64,000 nucleotides of DNA from Phycisphaerae bacterium (GCA_035527275.1 DATLBA010000122.1:19764-83763); one strand, 5' to 3'. Numbered from the stretch's first letter, positions 36,343 to 46,889 are shown. A program made the numbers and translations. The notes: generated by a model from the sequence alone, not told the origin.

Positions 36343-36533
36343 GGCATGTCTCCCAATTTGGCAATAGGAGTATAGCACAGAAACGGAAGGCTGTCAAGAA
36401 ACTTGTCGTGGCGGACGGGCGCGTGAAGCCGTGCGGCGAATGTAAGAAGGGCAGGACAGGACAAGGCGGTCCGGCCACAACTCTTTATCCCATCAAGGCT
36501 TACGGACAATAATAAAAAAATCGGGATTTTTTT

Positions 36534-36562
36534 CTTGACTCCTGCCGGCGAAGCGCCGATAC
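36534..36562 (+). promoter_or_regulatory. sigma70-like promoter TTGACT-17-GATACT, preceded by an AT-rich near-palindrome (AAAAAAATCGGGATTTTTTT)
   Basis: A good -35/-10 match with 17-bp spacing, about 150 nt upstream of gene 36710. The AT-rich island is unusual in this GC-rich genome. Confidence 0.4.
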
Positions 36563-36709
36563 TACCGGCAGAGGTGGAGATGAAAATCCCAATAAACGAA
36601 AACGCGAAACGAGGGCCGGCCAGGGGCGACGGCATCTTCACGCTCGTCTCCACCTCTAAACCTGGCCGGCCTTCATTGCGCGAAGGGCGAAAGAAAAGAG
36701 GGGTGGATC

Positions 36710-36928
36710 ATGGACAAGCCGCAGTATGTGACCACGCAGCGGACGGGCAAAGGCGTAAAGTTGGCGATCCTGATAAGCGGCCTCGGCATGTTGTTTTCCC
36801 TCGGCGGAGCGGGGGCGTCGGTCTTGGCCGAGTCGGGGAAGGGGATCGTTCTTTCCATTCTGGCGTTCGTGGCCTGCGCTGGGGCGCTTTTGGCGGCGAA
36901 GATCGTCCGGTGGTGGCGCTATGAATAG
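36710..36928 (+). CDS. small membrane protein (2 TM helices)
   Basis: RBS GAGGGGTGGA. Hydrophobic segments. Confidence 0.45.
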   Translation: MDKPQYVTTQRTGKGVKLAILISGLGMLFSLGGAGASVLAESGKGIVLSILAFVACAGALLAAKIVRWWRYE

Positions 36929-37241
36929 CGGCGAAGGGAATTCGGATCGCCCCCCGGTCGACGCCGAAGAGACCGTGCGGACGTGCAAAATCTACCTTGC
37001 TCGGGCGGGCGAATGGCGCTGGCGGCTGTTGATAAACGACTCCTATGTCGTGGCCGAAAGCGACGAGAGCCATGTGAGCGGCTACGCGGCCAGACAGAAT
37101 TTTTTGCAATTCGTTGCGGCATGGTGGGCCATCTCGGACATCGCCCAGATCGCGATCCAGTTTTGCCTGACGGGCGGCGGAGCGGGGCCTCTCATGAGTA
37201 TTCATGTCGTTCAGGATGTCACCGATGGTGTTGAGGACTGA
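36921..37241 (+). CDS. DUF1508 (YegP-like) domain protein
   Basis: CKIYLARAGEWRWRLLINDSYVVAESDESHVSGYAARQNFLQFV matches the YegP/DUF1508 pattern. Confidence 0.6.
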   Translation: MNSGEGNSDRPPVDAEETVRTCKIYLARAGEWRWRLLINDSYVVAESDESHVSGYAARQNFLQFVAAWWAISDIAQIAIQFCLTGGGAGPLMSIHVVQDVTDGVED

Positions 37242-37569
37242 GATGGCGCGACGGAAAACCGTGAAAACTCGGCCGCAAAACCTTCCGGTGCGCATCGCGC
37301 CAAACTTCATTTCGAGTTATCTTGATGCTCCCATTATACATATTATGTTGCGCTGGGGAGCGCTTGCGGAGTCCACGCGGTCCTTGCGGCCGTTGTTGTG
37401 GTCGGGCCATGGAGGGGGCCGAAAAAGTGCTAATGGTTCGGGAACACGACGCGCAGCCTCCACGACGTTGAAGAGGATGGTTTCGCACGGTGGCGCGCGA
37501 AGTCCGGTGGCCGTTCGGAAGACGCGGCAGGCGCGGGGTTCGAAGAATGCCCCTAACAGGCAGAAGAGG

Positions 37570-38112
37570 TCAGGCGTCCGAATCGAGGAGATCCTCATCG
37601 GAGATTTGGAGTCGGCCGTCGTCCGGCCCGGCCGTCGGTGGTTTCTCGGCCTTTGCTTCAGGCTTTTTGCCACCGGAGAGGCGTTCGAGGTTGGAGGCAA
37701 TGTCGTCGGTGGTTCGGGCGGGTCCGGGCGCGGGAATCTTGGGTTCAGCGGCGGCGGCCCTCTTGCGTGTGGCGGGTTCGGGTTTCGGTGCGGGGGCCGC
37801 CTGGGCGGGCGGTTTGCGGACGCCGCCAATTTCGACGATAAACGTCAAGGGGCCGATTCGGACCTCGTCACCGGGGCGCAGCGCTTGTTCCTGGATCCTC
37901 TTGCGGTTGACGAAGGTGCCGTTCCCGCTTCCTTTATCGCGGATGAGAAGCGTGTCGCCCTCGTTGACGATGTCGCAGTGGTGTCGGGAGACGCGGGTGG
38001 AGGCGATGATGAGGTCGCTGTCCTCGGCGCGTCCGACGCTGAGTGTGCCGGGTGCGACCTCCACCTGTTTGCCCTTGGGATTTCCCTTGATAAGGTCGAG
38101 TTTGACGTCCAT
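37570..38112 (-). CDS. FHA-domain protein
   Basis: VGRAEDSDLIIASTRVSRHHCDIVNEGDTLLIRDKGSGNGTFVNRKRI...LRPGDEVRIGPLTF is a canonical FHA domain. RBS GGGAGGAG. The C-terminus is Pro/Ala/Lys-rich. Confidence 0.65.
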   Translation of the reverse strand: MDVKLDLIKGNPKGKQVEVAPGTLSVGRAEDSDLIIASTRVSRHHCDIVNEGDTLLIRDKGSGNGTFVNRKRIQEQALRPGDEVRIGPLTFIVEIGGVRKPPAQAAPAPKPEPATRKRAAAAEPKIPAPGPARTTDDIASNLERLSGGKKPEAKAEKPPTAGPDDGRLQISDEDLLDSDA

Positions 38113-38642
38113 GGCACTCCTCCCAACCGTATAGAGTTTCCGTCGATCCTCCGAGAGGGAGGGTGTACCAGAAGGCCGGAGGCGAATCAACCCCAAATCC
38201 GGATTTTGGAGGTCGAGCCCCCCTGCCCCACCTCAGAGGGCCGGGGGCGACCAAGCGTCGGCCCGAAATGCGGGGCTGAAAAACCGCCAACAGGCGGGAA
38301 CGCAAGGGACCGAATCGTTGAAGCCCGAGGGCCTCGTTTGCCGATATCAGCCGCAGAAGGCGGGCTGCGGCCGCTTTCAGAGAAAATCGCGTGAATTCCG
38401 ACTGTGCTGCGCATCCCCCTACGGCCCAGGCGCGTAATGGGTCCCCTACCCAGAAAACTCTGTGACGTGTGTAAGCCATGGTGCGAAAAGGGGTTATGCT
38501 CGACCCTTTCGGTTCGGGCACGCGGATTCGGCCGAACTTGCAGCGAGATTTGACCCCTAGCGCGCCCTGTATAGGCTCTCCACCAAAGGGGGCCGTGTGT
38601 CTATGGAGTAGGTAGAAGCGCGCCAATCTCGAGGAAGGCCAT

Positions 38643-39767
38643 ATGGTGCTTCGCAAACGCATTCTATTGCCCATTGGTATCCACTTGAACCTGGAGTCGG
38701 TTCAGATGGTCCAGTTGGAGCAGGCGGACGGGTCGGTCGCGCTGGTTTCGAAGGCTGGTGCCACGTTTCCGCCGATCGCCGCCCCATCCAAGGACGGTGA
38801 GGCGACCGGCGTGGAAAGGGATGAGGTATCCGAGGTGGCGGCGGCGCGCTACCGTGAAGGCCGGGAGTTTGTCCGCCAAAGACTCGCCGGGAACGGTTTC
38901 CGAGGGAAAGAGGCGGTCATCAGTTTGCCGGCGGAGCATTTGGTGATTCGGCAGGTGCGGATGGCGCCGATGCAGCCCGACGAGTTGATCGCCGCCCTGG
39001 CCTGGGAACTGCAAGGCAAGTTGCCGTTCGATCCGAAGCGTGCCGTGATTCGGCACATCGTGGCAGGCACGGTCTCCGAAGACAACGAAACCAAGCAGGA
39101 TGTCATTGCCCTAGCCGTCCGCCGGGACGTGGTCGAGAAGCACGTCGCTGCGACAGAGAAACTGGGCCTGCAAGTTGTGGGCGTGGGGGTGGAACCCTGC
39201 GTAATGGGCTACCCCTATGTGTTTGCCGTCACGCACGGCGCGGACACTCCGGGAGGGCCCTGCGGACTGATGCTCGTCCATCTCGGCGCGCTTACGACCT
39301 ACGTGACCATCATCCGGGGCCAGGAGACGGCGTTCGTCAAGGGTATCGACTTCGGCGTTGAGAACGTGGTCCAGGCGGTTGCGAAGTCGCAGGACATCCC
39401 GACCGAGGAGGCCCGCGCGATGCACGACCGGTGGTGCGGCTCGAGCGCGGGGACGGCCGAGACGGAAGGTCCGGACCCTGCGCAAGTGTACAATCGAATC
39501 CGACCGGCATTAGAACATTTCACCGACCAGATTGAGTCGTGCATGCGGTATCACGGGTCGTTGGCGCGCGGCGCCGACATTGACCGGTTGATCTTTCTCG
39601 GCCCGGGTGCACGGGACCGGCCGCTGGTGGGCGTCCTGGGCGCTCGCTTGGGTATCGCGTGCGAAGTGGGTGATCCGCTGGGCGCCGTTGCTGAGAGGGG
39701 TAATTCTGGTGAAGCCGAGCCGGAACTGGCAGTTGCGCTCGGCCTGAGCCTTTTCGAGGCGCAGTAG
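38643..39767 (+). CDS. pilM: type IV pilus assembly protein PilM
   Basis: Actin-like ATPase-fold features and its position at the head of the pilN-pilO-pilP-pilB-pilT-pilC cluster. RBS GAGGAAGG. Confidence 0.65.
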   Translation: MVLRKRILLPIGIHLNLESVQMVQLEQADGSVALVSKAGATFPPIAAPSKDGEATGVERDEVSEVAAARYREGREFVRQRLAGNGFRGKEAVISLPAEHLVIRQVRMAPMQPDELIAALAWELQGKLPFDPKRAVIRHIVAGTVSEDNETKQDVIALAVRRDVVEKHVAATEKLGLQVVGVGVEPCVMGYPYVFAVTHGADTPGGPCGLMLVHLGALTTYVTIIRGQETAFVKGIDFGVENVVQAVAKSQDIPTEEARAMHDRWCGSSAGTAETEGPDPAQVYNRIRPALEHFTDQIESCMRYHGSLARGADIDRLIFLGPGARDRPLVGVLGARLGIACEVGDPLGAVAERGNSGEAEPELAVALGLSLFEAQ

Positions 39768-39779
39768 GCGAGAAGCGAA

Positions 39780-40532
39780 ATGATGAGAATCATAAACTTT
39801 TTGCCGGCTGACCATGTGGAAAAGCGAGGCCGCCGCCGGGCGAACCTTATCTGTCTCGGGCTGGCCGCCGTGGCGGCTCTGGCGCTGGGGTTGATAAGCG
39901 CGATTTGCGTGGCACGGGCCGCCGGGGTCGCCGGCCTCCGCAGACTGATCGATCAGCAGTATCGCGATGCCGGGCAGCAGATTAACCAACTGAAGAAGTT
40001 GGAGCAGCGCAAGGAAGGACTGCTCCGCAAGGTCGAACTGAGCGCGGATTTGCTGGAACGGGTTCCCCGAAGCCACATCCTGGCGCGGGTGACAAAGGCC
40101 CTGCCCCTCCGGACCAGCGTCCAGGTCTTCACCATGTCGGTTGAAGAGGTCGAAATGGTGACGGAGAAGCCCCCCGAAGGCGAGAGTACCGAAAAGGGCC
40201 AATCGGCCGGTCAAGCAGCCACGCGGGGCGGCAAGAAAAAAGGCCGCGTCCCAACAGTGAAGGTGAAGCAGACTCGATTCACCCTGGTCGGGCTGGCGCC
40301 CACGGACGTCGAGGTGGCGGAGTTGATTTCGCGGCTCAACACCGATCCGGTCTTCGAGGGCGTGAACCTTCAGTTCAGTGAGGAGTTTCCCTACGCGGAG
40401 GATGTGCAGATGCGGCGGTTCAAGTTGTCCTTCTGGCTGAGCGCGGAAGCGAAAAGGATATTGGAATCCTTCACCAGCCCAGGGCAGGATCCAGTCGAAC
40501 CTGATGCACCGATTGCAGGGAGTGATTTATGA
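39780..40532 (+). CDS. pilN: type IV pilus assembly protein PilN
   Basis: N-terminal INFLP motif, a single TM helix and a coiled coil. Confidence 0.6.
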   Translation: MMRIINFLPADHVEKRGRRRANLICLGLAAVAALALGLISAICVARAAGVAGLRRLIDQQYRDAGQQINQLKKLEQRKEGLLRKVELSADLLERVPRSHILARVTKALPLRTSVQVFTMSVEEVEMVTEKPPEGESTEKGQSAGQAATRGGKKKGRVPTVKVKQTRFTLVGLAPTDVEVAELISRLNTDPVFEGVNLQFSEEFPYAEDVQMRRFKLSFWLSAEAKRILESFTSPGQDPVEPDAPIAGSDL

Positions 40533-41056
40533 AAGTGTCCACGCGCGTTCTGCTCACGGTTCTGGCCGTCGCCGTTGCTGCGGCGGCCGTCCTTCTCTTG
40601 GTCGTCCTGCCGCTCGGGCGGCGCGTGGAGTCGGATCGTGCAGCCATCCAGAGCCGGCGGGCTCAGTTGGCGAAACTCGAGCGCATCACAAGGTGGATCA
40701 GCGATCTTCATGGAGAGATCCGGCGGCTCGAAGAAGCGCTTGAGTTCTTCGAAAACCGGCTGCCGGAAAAACGCGAAATCGACGTGATCGTCCGCGAGGT
40801 CTGGCTCATCGCGGAGTTGAAATCGCTGACCTCGCGCAGCATCCGGACGGAGAAGTCCGAGCGGATGCCGCGATACAGCGTCCAGCCCGTCCGTCTGGCG
40901 CTCGAGGGGCGGTTTGAGGGTTTCTATGAGTTTCTCCTCGGCCTCGAACGCCTGCCGCGCATCACTAAAGTGCGCGAGATGCAAATTCAAAAATCACCCA
41001 CTCAGGAAGGCACCGTGCAGGCCGACCTGGTGGTGGACATCTTTTTCGAGCAATAG
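40529..41056 (+). CDS. pilO: type IV pilus assembly protein PilO
   Basis: TM helix followed by a coiled coil. ATGA overlap. Gene order. Confidence 0.55.
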   Translation: MKVSTRVLLTVLAVAVAAAAVLLLVVLPLGRRVESDRAAIQSRRAQLAKLERITRWISDLHGEIRRLEEALEFFENRLPEKREIDVIVREVWLIAELKSLTSRSIRTEKSERMPRYSVQPVRLALEGRFEGFYEFLLGLERLPRITKVREMQIQKSPTQEGTVQADLVVDIFFEQ

Positions 41057-41058
41057 CC

Positions 41059-41775
41059 ATGACCGACGAAATACCCATGAACCAGTATCGGATGTCGTCC
41101 AGTGGGCTGGAGCCGCTGACGGCAAAGAACGACCACGACCTGCATCGCCACAGCAGGGAACTGGGGCTCAACGACAAGAAGAAAGTAGCGGCTCTGGCTG
41201 TTCTGCTCGCGTTGGGATGCGGGGTGGTGGCGTTTCAGTTTCTCCGCGGCGGGAGTCCGAAGCCGGCTGGCGCGGTGGTAAGCGGGGCATTCTCCACCCA
41301 ACCTTCGAGCAGCCTAGGCGAAATTGAGTCCGTCCTCAAGCAATTGGAAACCAGGGCCCCTGGGCAGGATGACGTCTCCGTAACCCGCGTTGAGGAACTG
41401 GTCAAGGAGTTCCACGGTTACGTGCGACGGCGCCAAGTCCCGCTCCAAGACCTCGGCGTCAACCCCTTCCTGGTCGTCATGGCGCAGGAGGAACGTGTGG
41501 CAGAGGTAGAGCAGGCGGCTGAAGAGGCAAAGCAGGCGGCTGAAGAGGCATTGAAGCGGCAGCAGATCCGTGAGGCGGCCGCGCAACTTACCCTGACTTC
41601 GATCGTCGTGGCGGGAGAAAAACGGCTGGCCCGGGTTTCCGGCGAAGTCTGTGGTGTGGGTGATAAGGTCCGCGGGTTCCAGGTGGAACGAATTGAGCCC
41701 GACCGCGTGGTGCTCGTTTGCGAAGGTGAGACGGTGGAACTGACACTCTTTGAGAAGCCGAATGTAAGGAACTAA
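41059..41775 (+). CDS. PilP-like pilus assembly protein
   Basis: Position after pilO. TM helix and a C-terminal beta domain. The call is weak. Confidence 0.4.
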   Translation: MTDEIPMNQYRMSSSGLEPLTAKNDHDLHRHSRELGLNDKKKVAALAVLLALGCGVVAFQFLRGGSPKPAGAVVSGAFSTQPSSSLGEIESVLKQLETRAPGQDDVSVTRVEELVKEFHGYVRRRQVPLQDLGVNPFLVVMAQEERVAEVEQAAEEAKQAAEEALKRQQIREAAAQLTLTSIVVAGEKRLARVSGEVCGVGDKVRGFQVERIEPDRVVLVCEGETVELTLFEKPNVRN

Positions 41776-41777
41776 GG

Positions 41778-43601
41778 GTGGCGATGGCAAGCGACAAACA
41801 GGAAGGCAAGGCGGCAGCCGCGCCAGATACCCCGGGAGAGGGCGCAGCGGCCCTCGCCGAGGCCAAGCCGCGCCCTCGGCGTATGGGCGACACCCTCGTC
41901 AGCCGCGGCGTCGTGACCGCCGCACAACTGGAAGAGTGCCTCGCGCTCCAGAAGTCCAGCCCGGGCGAGCGGCTGGGCCAGATTCTCGTCCGCAAAGAGT
42001 ACGCCAAGGAAGAGGAGATCATGACGTGCCTGGCGGACGAGTATGGTCTGGAGTTTGTGCACGTCGGTGAGTTGGACATTCCCCAGCGCGTTCTCGACAT
42101 GCTGCCGTCCGATTTCTGCCGCCGCCACAAAGTGCTCGTCATCGACATGGACGTGGACGAAGACACGGTGACGGTGGCGACGGCGGACCCGGCGAACGTG
42201 TTCCTCATGGACGAAATCCGCCACCGTCTCGGCCAACCGGTTCGGCTGGCAGTGGCCGCCCCATCGGCCATCACCAAGGCAATTGACGAAAAGGTCCTCG
42301 CCTTCGACGACTTCGAACTGGACGAACTGATTCGCGACATCACGGACGATGCCGTCGAGGTCGTCCAGGACGGAGACGACGAAATGACGGACCTGGCGGA
42401 GGTGGCGGGCGAATCGCCGATCATCCGCCTGGCCAACTACCTGATCTGCAACGCTGTCAAGGAAGGCGCCAGCGATATTCACGTCGAGCCGGGTGAAAAG
42501 AAGATGAAGGTGCGGTACCGCATCGACGGGGTGCTGTTCGAGATGATGTCCCCGCCGCAGGCCATGCACCCTGCCCTGATGTCGCGTCTGAAGATCATGG
42601 CCAACCTGGACATTTCGGAGCGGCGTCTGCCCCAGGACGGCCGCATCCGCGCCATCGTTCGGAACCGCTATGTGGACTTCCGCGTCAGCACGCTCCCCAC
42701 CACCCAGGGCGAGAAGACGGTCATCCGCGTTCTGGACAACCGGTCCATCCTGATCGGCCTCGAAAAACTGGGTTTCGAGGAAGACCATCTGAAGACCTTC
42801 AAGGAACAGGTTCGGCGGCCGCACGGCATCATCCTCGTCACCGGGCCGACCGGGTCGGGCAAGACGACGACCCTTTACTCGGCCCTGCTGACGATGAAGG
42901 GCGGGGAGATTAACATCTCCACCGTCGAGGACCCTGTCGAGTACTTCCTGGGCTTTGCGAACCAGGTCCAGATTAACGAGCGGATCGGGTTTACTTTCGC
43001 CAGTGCCCTGCGGGCGCTCCTGAGGCAGGACCCCGATGTGATCATGGTGGGCGAAGTCCGTGACGAGGAGACGGCTCGGATCAGTGTCCAGGCCGCTCTG
43101 ACCGGTCACTTGGTTCTTTCGACCTTGCACACCAATGACGCGCCGTCGAGCATCACCCGCCTCATCAACATCGGCGTCGAACCGTATCTGATCAGTGCAT
43201 CGGTGAACGCGGTGCTGGCCCAACGTCTCGTCCGCCGCATCTGCGAGCATTGCAAGGAACCCTACGAGCCCAGCGACGAAGTCAAGATGGCGCTCGCAAG
43301 GAACAAGATCGAGGTGGAACAGTTGTATCGCGGCAAAGAGTGCGACCATTGCCGAAACACCGGCTACAGCGGGCGGTGCGGCATCTACGAAGTGCTGGAG
43401 TTGGACGATGCGATCCGTGACCTGGTCGCAGCGAGCCCGAATGTCACGGACCTGCGGCGCTACTGCCAGGAGGGTGGCATGTTGACGTTGCGCGACGACG
43501 GGATACGAAAACTGCGCCGGGGCATTACGACCGTCGAAGAGGTGCTTCGGGTGACGGAAGACATCCACACGCAGTCAGCTGTGACGGAGGCGCAACCGTG
43601 A
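41778..43601 (+). CDS. pilB: type IV pilus assembly ATPase PilB (GspE family)
   Basis: Walker A VTGPTGSGKTTTL, Asp and His boxes, and a tetracysteine motif CEHC...CDHC. Confidence 0.8.
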   Translation: MAMASDKQEGKAAAAPDTPGEGAAALAEAKPRPRRMGDTLVSRGVVTAAQLEECLALQKSSPGERLGQILVRKEYAKEEEIMTCLADEYGLEFVHVGELDIPQRVLDMLPSDFCRRHKVLVIDMDVDEDTVTVATADPANVFLMDEIRHRLGQPVRLAVAAPSAITKAIDEKVLAFDDFELDELIRDITDDAVEVVQDGDDEMTDLAEVAGESPIIRLANYLICNAVKEGASDIHVEPGEKKMKVRYRIDGVLFEMMSPPQAMHPALMSRLKIMANLDISERRLPQDGRIRAIVRNRYVDFRVSTLPTTQGEKTVIRVLDNRSILIGLEKLGFEEDHLKTFKEQVRRPHGIILVTGPTGSGKTTTLYSALLTMKGGEINISTVEDPVEYFLGFANQVQINERIGFTFASALRALLRQDPDVIMVGEVRDEETARISVQAALTGHLVLSTLHTNDAPSSITRLINIGVEPYLISASVNAVLAQRLVRRICEHCKEPYEPSDEVKMALARNKIEVEQLYRGKECDHCRNTGYSGRCGIYEVLELDDAIRDLVAASPNVTDLRRYCQEGGMLTLRDDGIRKLRRGITTVEEVLRVTEDIHTQSAVTEAQP

Positions 43602-44659
43602 GTCGAGTTAAGGCGCTCTTGAGACAAACCGTCGCGGCGGGGGCCAGCGACCTGCACATCATCGTCGGCCACCCGCCGATACTGCGGATTCACACCATCC
43701 TCGCCCCCGTCGAGGGGGAAGCGGCTGTCAAGGAAGACGAGGCCGACGCCTTCATGCGGGAGTTGCTCACCGACGGGCAATATGAGCGGCTCGAGCAACA
43801 GCGGGACCTGGACTTTTCGGTTTACCTGCCGGGCGGCCCGCGTTTTCGCGTCAATGCACACTTTCAGCGAGGCACCCCGGCGCTGGCGTTTCGTGCGATC
43901 CCCGCCCAGGTGCCGCCGCTGGAGACGTTGAATCTCCCGGACGTGACCGTTGACTTTGCCAATCTTCCACAGGGTCTGGTCCTCGTGACGGGCGAGACGG
44001 GCAGCGGCAAGTCGACGACCCTGGCGGCGATGATCAACCACATGAACGGCCGCTTCCGCTACCATGTCATCACACTCGAGGATCCGGTCGAGTATTCCCT
44101 GGAATCGAGAATGTGCACGGTCGAGCAGCGGGAAATCGGCCTGGACGTGCCGGATTTCCGGTCGGGGCTGCGACACGTCCTGCGGCAAGACCCCGACGTC
44201 ATTTTAATCGGCGAGATGCGCGATCTGGAAACGATTTCGACGGCGCTGACGGCGGCAGAGACGGGACACCTTGTCCTTTCCACCCTGCACACGAACGATG
44301 CCGCATCCACGGTCGAACGGATCATCGACACCTTTCCGGCGGGTCAGCAGAACCAGATCCGATCGATGCTGGCCAACACGTTGAGAGGCGTTGTCTGTCA
44401 GCGTCTGTTTGCGCGTATCGACGAGCCCGGCATGATTCCGGCCACGGAAGTTCTGGTGTCCACCCCTGCGGTCAGAAATTGCATTCGGGAGAACCGCGTC
44501 TTCGAAATCCCGAACATTATCGAGACGAATCGGGCGCTCGGAATGGAACTGTTCGACGAGTCGCTCAAGCGGTTGTACTTCAACGGCCACATCAGCCGCC
44601 AGGACGCCCTGTCCCACGCCCGGCAACCCGAACTGCTTGAAGGAGTGCTGTCCGCCTAG
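43598..44659 (+). CDS. pilT: twitching motility ATPase PilT
   Basis: LVLVTGETGSGKSTTLAAMINHMN; about 350 aa. GTGA overlap. Confidence 0.8.
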   Translation: MSRVKALLRQTVAAGASDLHIIVGHPPILRIHTILAPVEGEAAVKEDEADAFMRELLTDGQYERLEQQRDLDFSVYLPGGPRFRVNAHFQRGTPALAFRAIPAQVPPLETLNLPDVTVDFANLPQGLVLVTGETGSGKSTTLAAMINHMNGRFRYHVITLEDPVEYSLESRMCTVEQREIGLDVPDFRSGLRHVLRQDPDVILIGEMRDLETISTALTAAETGHLVLSTLHTNDAASTVERIIDTFPAGQQNQIRSMLANTLRGVVCQRLFARIDEPGMIPATEVLVSTPAVRNCIRENRVFEIPNIIETNRALGMELFDESLKRLYFNGHISRQDALSHARQPELLEGVLSA

Positions 44660-44667
44660 GTGAAGCC

Positions 44668-45888
44668 ATGCCTACATACCAATACCAACTCAAGGAGGCG
44701 GACGGTCACGTGGTCACCGGAACCACGAAAGCCGAGAGTCTGATGCTGGCCACCCAGCAAGTGCGAGAACTGGGCGGCACCATCATCGATCTGATGCGTC
44801 TCGGAGATGAGCAGGCCCCGGGCCGAGGTATTCTCGGTCTCCAGTTCGGTCAGCGTGTCCGGTCGAAAGACATTCTGGCGTTCACCAGCCAGTTGGCGGT
44901 CATGTCCAAAGCGGGCATCGGCCTGACCAGCGCGCTGGAGGGAATCGGGGAACAAATGAAGAACCTCCGGATGGGGCAAATCGTCCGGACGATGAAACGC
45001 GACGTTGAGGCGGGGCGCCAGTTCTCCGAGACCCTTCAGCGCTTCCCGAAGGTCTTTTCACCGCTCTATGTCAATATGGTCCGCGCCAGCGAACTGTCGG
45101 GATCGTTCGGGCATATGCTGGACCGCATCGGAGGCTACCTCACCCAACAGGTTGAAACCCGGCGCCAGGTCAAAGGGGCCATGATCTACCCGACCATCAT
45201 CGTCGTGCTGGCCATCGCCACCACGATTTTCATGCTCACCTTCGTTTTGCCGCGATTCATGGTCCTGTTCGAGGGCAAAGAGGACATTCTGCCTATGCCC
45301 ACGAAGGTCCTCATGGCCATGAGTTCCTCCCTGCGAGGCTACTGGTATATCCACCTGGTGGCGGCCGCCGCCATTATCAGTGGCGCGGTGTATTTTCTCC
45401 GCACGGACATCGGCAAAGTGTGGTGGGACAGCGCGAAACTCAAGATTCCCATCCTGAAGAACCTCTGCCACGCCCTGTACCTGTCGCGTGGCCTGCGGAC
45501 GATGGGGGAACTTGTCAATGCCGGCGTGCCGATGCTCGACACGATTGCCATCACGGCCGAGGTTTCGGGCAATGTGCACTACGCCCAGGTCTGGCACCGC
45601 GTTCACGCGGGCGTGCGGAAAGGGCAGCGCATCTCCCCTACCCTTTCGCGCAGCCCGCTCTTCCCCAGTAGTGTGGCCCAGATGATCTCCGCCGGCGAGG
45701 AAACCGGCTCCCTGGGCGAGATCCTCAGCAACGTCAGCGAGTTCTACGACCGCGAACTGAGGGCAACGATTAAGGCCGTGACCGCCGCCATCGAGCCGCT
45801 GATGATTATCCTGATGGGCGGCGTCGTCGCGTTCATCGCCGCCTCGATCCTCCTGCCCATCTTCAAGATGTCCCAGTTGGTGAAATAG
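44668..45888 (+). CDS. pilC: type IV pilus platform protein PilC (GspF family)
   Basis: 406-aa polytopic membrane protein with duplicated GspF domains. Confidence 0.8.
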   Translation: MPTYQYQLKEADGHVVTGTTKAESLMLATQQVRELGGTIIDLMRLGDEQAPGRGILGLQFGQRVRSKDILAFTSQLAVMSKAGIGLTSALEGIGEQMKNLRMGQIVRTMKRDVEAGRQFSETLQRFPKVFSPLYVNMVRASELSGSFGHMLDRIGGYLTQQVETRRQVKGAMIYPTIIVVLAIATTIFMLTFVLPRFMVLFEGKEDILPMPTKVLMAMSSSLRGYWYIHLVAAAAIISGAVYFLRTDIGKVWWDSAKLKIPILKNLCHALYLSRGLRTMGELVNAGVPMLDTIAITAEVSGNVHYAQVWHRVHAGVRKGQRISPTLSRSPLFPSSVAQMISAGEETGSLGEILSNVSEFYDRELRATIKAVTAAIEPLMIILMGGVVAFIAASILLPIFKMSQLVK

Positions 45889-46316
45889 CCGCGCGACACG
45901 CGAAAATCTATCGGCTCCAGGGGCGAAAAATTGGCAGATTGGAAAGCCGGCAGTCTGAAGAGCACGGAACGGGGCGGCCTTGAGGGGTGTCGCCCCGCTT
46001 CCTGTGACAACTCCTCCGGCTTGCTCGAGTGGGGTATTAGAGGAATCGAATCTTCGGCGCCCGGAGAAACCCTACCGTTTTTCGGGGACGGCGCGCAACA
46101 CCTCCGCCTGTGATCGGGCGATGGAGCCCGAGCGAGCAGGCTGGCTCAAATCTCTAACCCACTGCACACAAAGAGGTTACGCGTCCCCGCCGCAGCGTGA
46201 GGAAGCGGAATCTTGGCGACCCCCCTGCCCCATTTGACCGCCAGGGATATACCAGTAACCTATCAAAGACGAGGGCGCGGCAAACGGCCGCCCCGATTCG
46301 GGAAGGAACGGTAACC

Positions 46317-46814
46317 GTGAAGCGACAAAGCGCCAGCCTCCAACAAGGGCGCGGCCGGCGAGGATTTACTCTGGCGGAGGTGATCGTCAGCGCGGCGCTG
46401 CTGGCTATCGGCTTCACCGCCCTGGTGGCCTCGTTCGGCCACGAGTCGGTCGTCACCCAGCGGGGCGAGGACATCACGCTAGGGACGTTTCTGGCGGAAG
46501 AGATCCGCGATAAGGCCTTTCAGACGGCCTTTGACGACGTTCTCGACCTGGACGGGACGACCTACAGCCCCGCTTCACTCAGCACGGGCGTCTCGGAGGA
46601 TCTATCGAACTGGTCGCAAAGAATCAGCGTGACGCCGGTTTCATCGAGCGACCTCAACGAGGAAGTCGAGGCCGCTGAAGCACAGGTCGCCCGCCTCACG
46701 GTGGAAGTCTTCGCCAAGGGGAATCCGGTCCTCACCCAGACGTATTATATCTTTGATTTCGCCGGTGTTCCTTTTACGGAAGCCGACGGAGGCGGCGACG
46801 ATGACGGTGAATGA
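46317..46814 (+). CDS. prepilin-type N-terminal cleavage/methylation-domain protein (pilin/pseudopilin)
   Basis: GFTLAEVIVSAALLAIGFTAL is a class III prepilin signal. GTG after GGAAGGAA. Confidence 0.55.
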   Translation: MKRQSASLQQGRGRRGFTLAEVIVSAALLAIGFTALVASFGHESVVTQRGEDITLGTFLAEEIRDKAFQTAFDDVLDLDGTTYSPASLSTGVSEDLSNWSQRISVTPVSSSDLNEEVEAAEAQVARLTVEVFAKGNPVLTQTYYIFDFAGVPFTEADGGGDDDGE

Positions 46815-46889
46815 TAGCGGTGCAGACCAACAGGGGGCCGCGACCGACGCTTTGGTATCTCGGCGCGGTCGAGATTGTGGAGACGAACC

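Noticed and set aside
33396-36378. Diversity-generating retroelement targeting the tail fiber
   Set aside because: The repeated segment resembles a DGR template/variable-region pair, but no reverse transcriptase gene lies nearby, and the mismatches are not adenine-specific.
1-36400. Integrase, excisionase or repressor of the prophage
   Set aside because: No tyrosine or serine recombinase signatures were found in any + or - strand ORF in the window. They are presumably upstream of position 1.
36580-36924. ORF MKIPINENAKRG... starting just downstream of the promoter at 36534
   Set aside because: It overlaps the well-supported membrane-protein gene 36710..36928 in another frame and has low-complexity content. 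It could be a short leader peptide but is not annotated.
45905-45925. sigma54 (-24/-12) promoter upstream of the pilin gene (TGGCAG...GC)
   Set aside because: The spacing between the GG and GC elements is off by one relative to the consensus, so confidence is too low.
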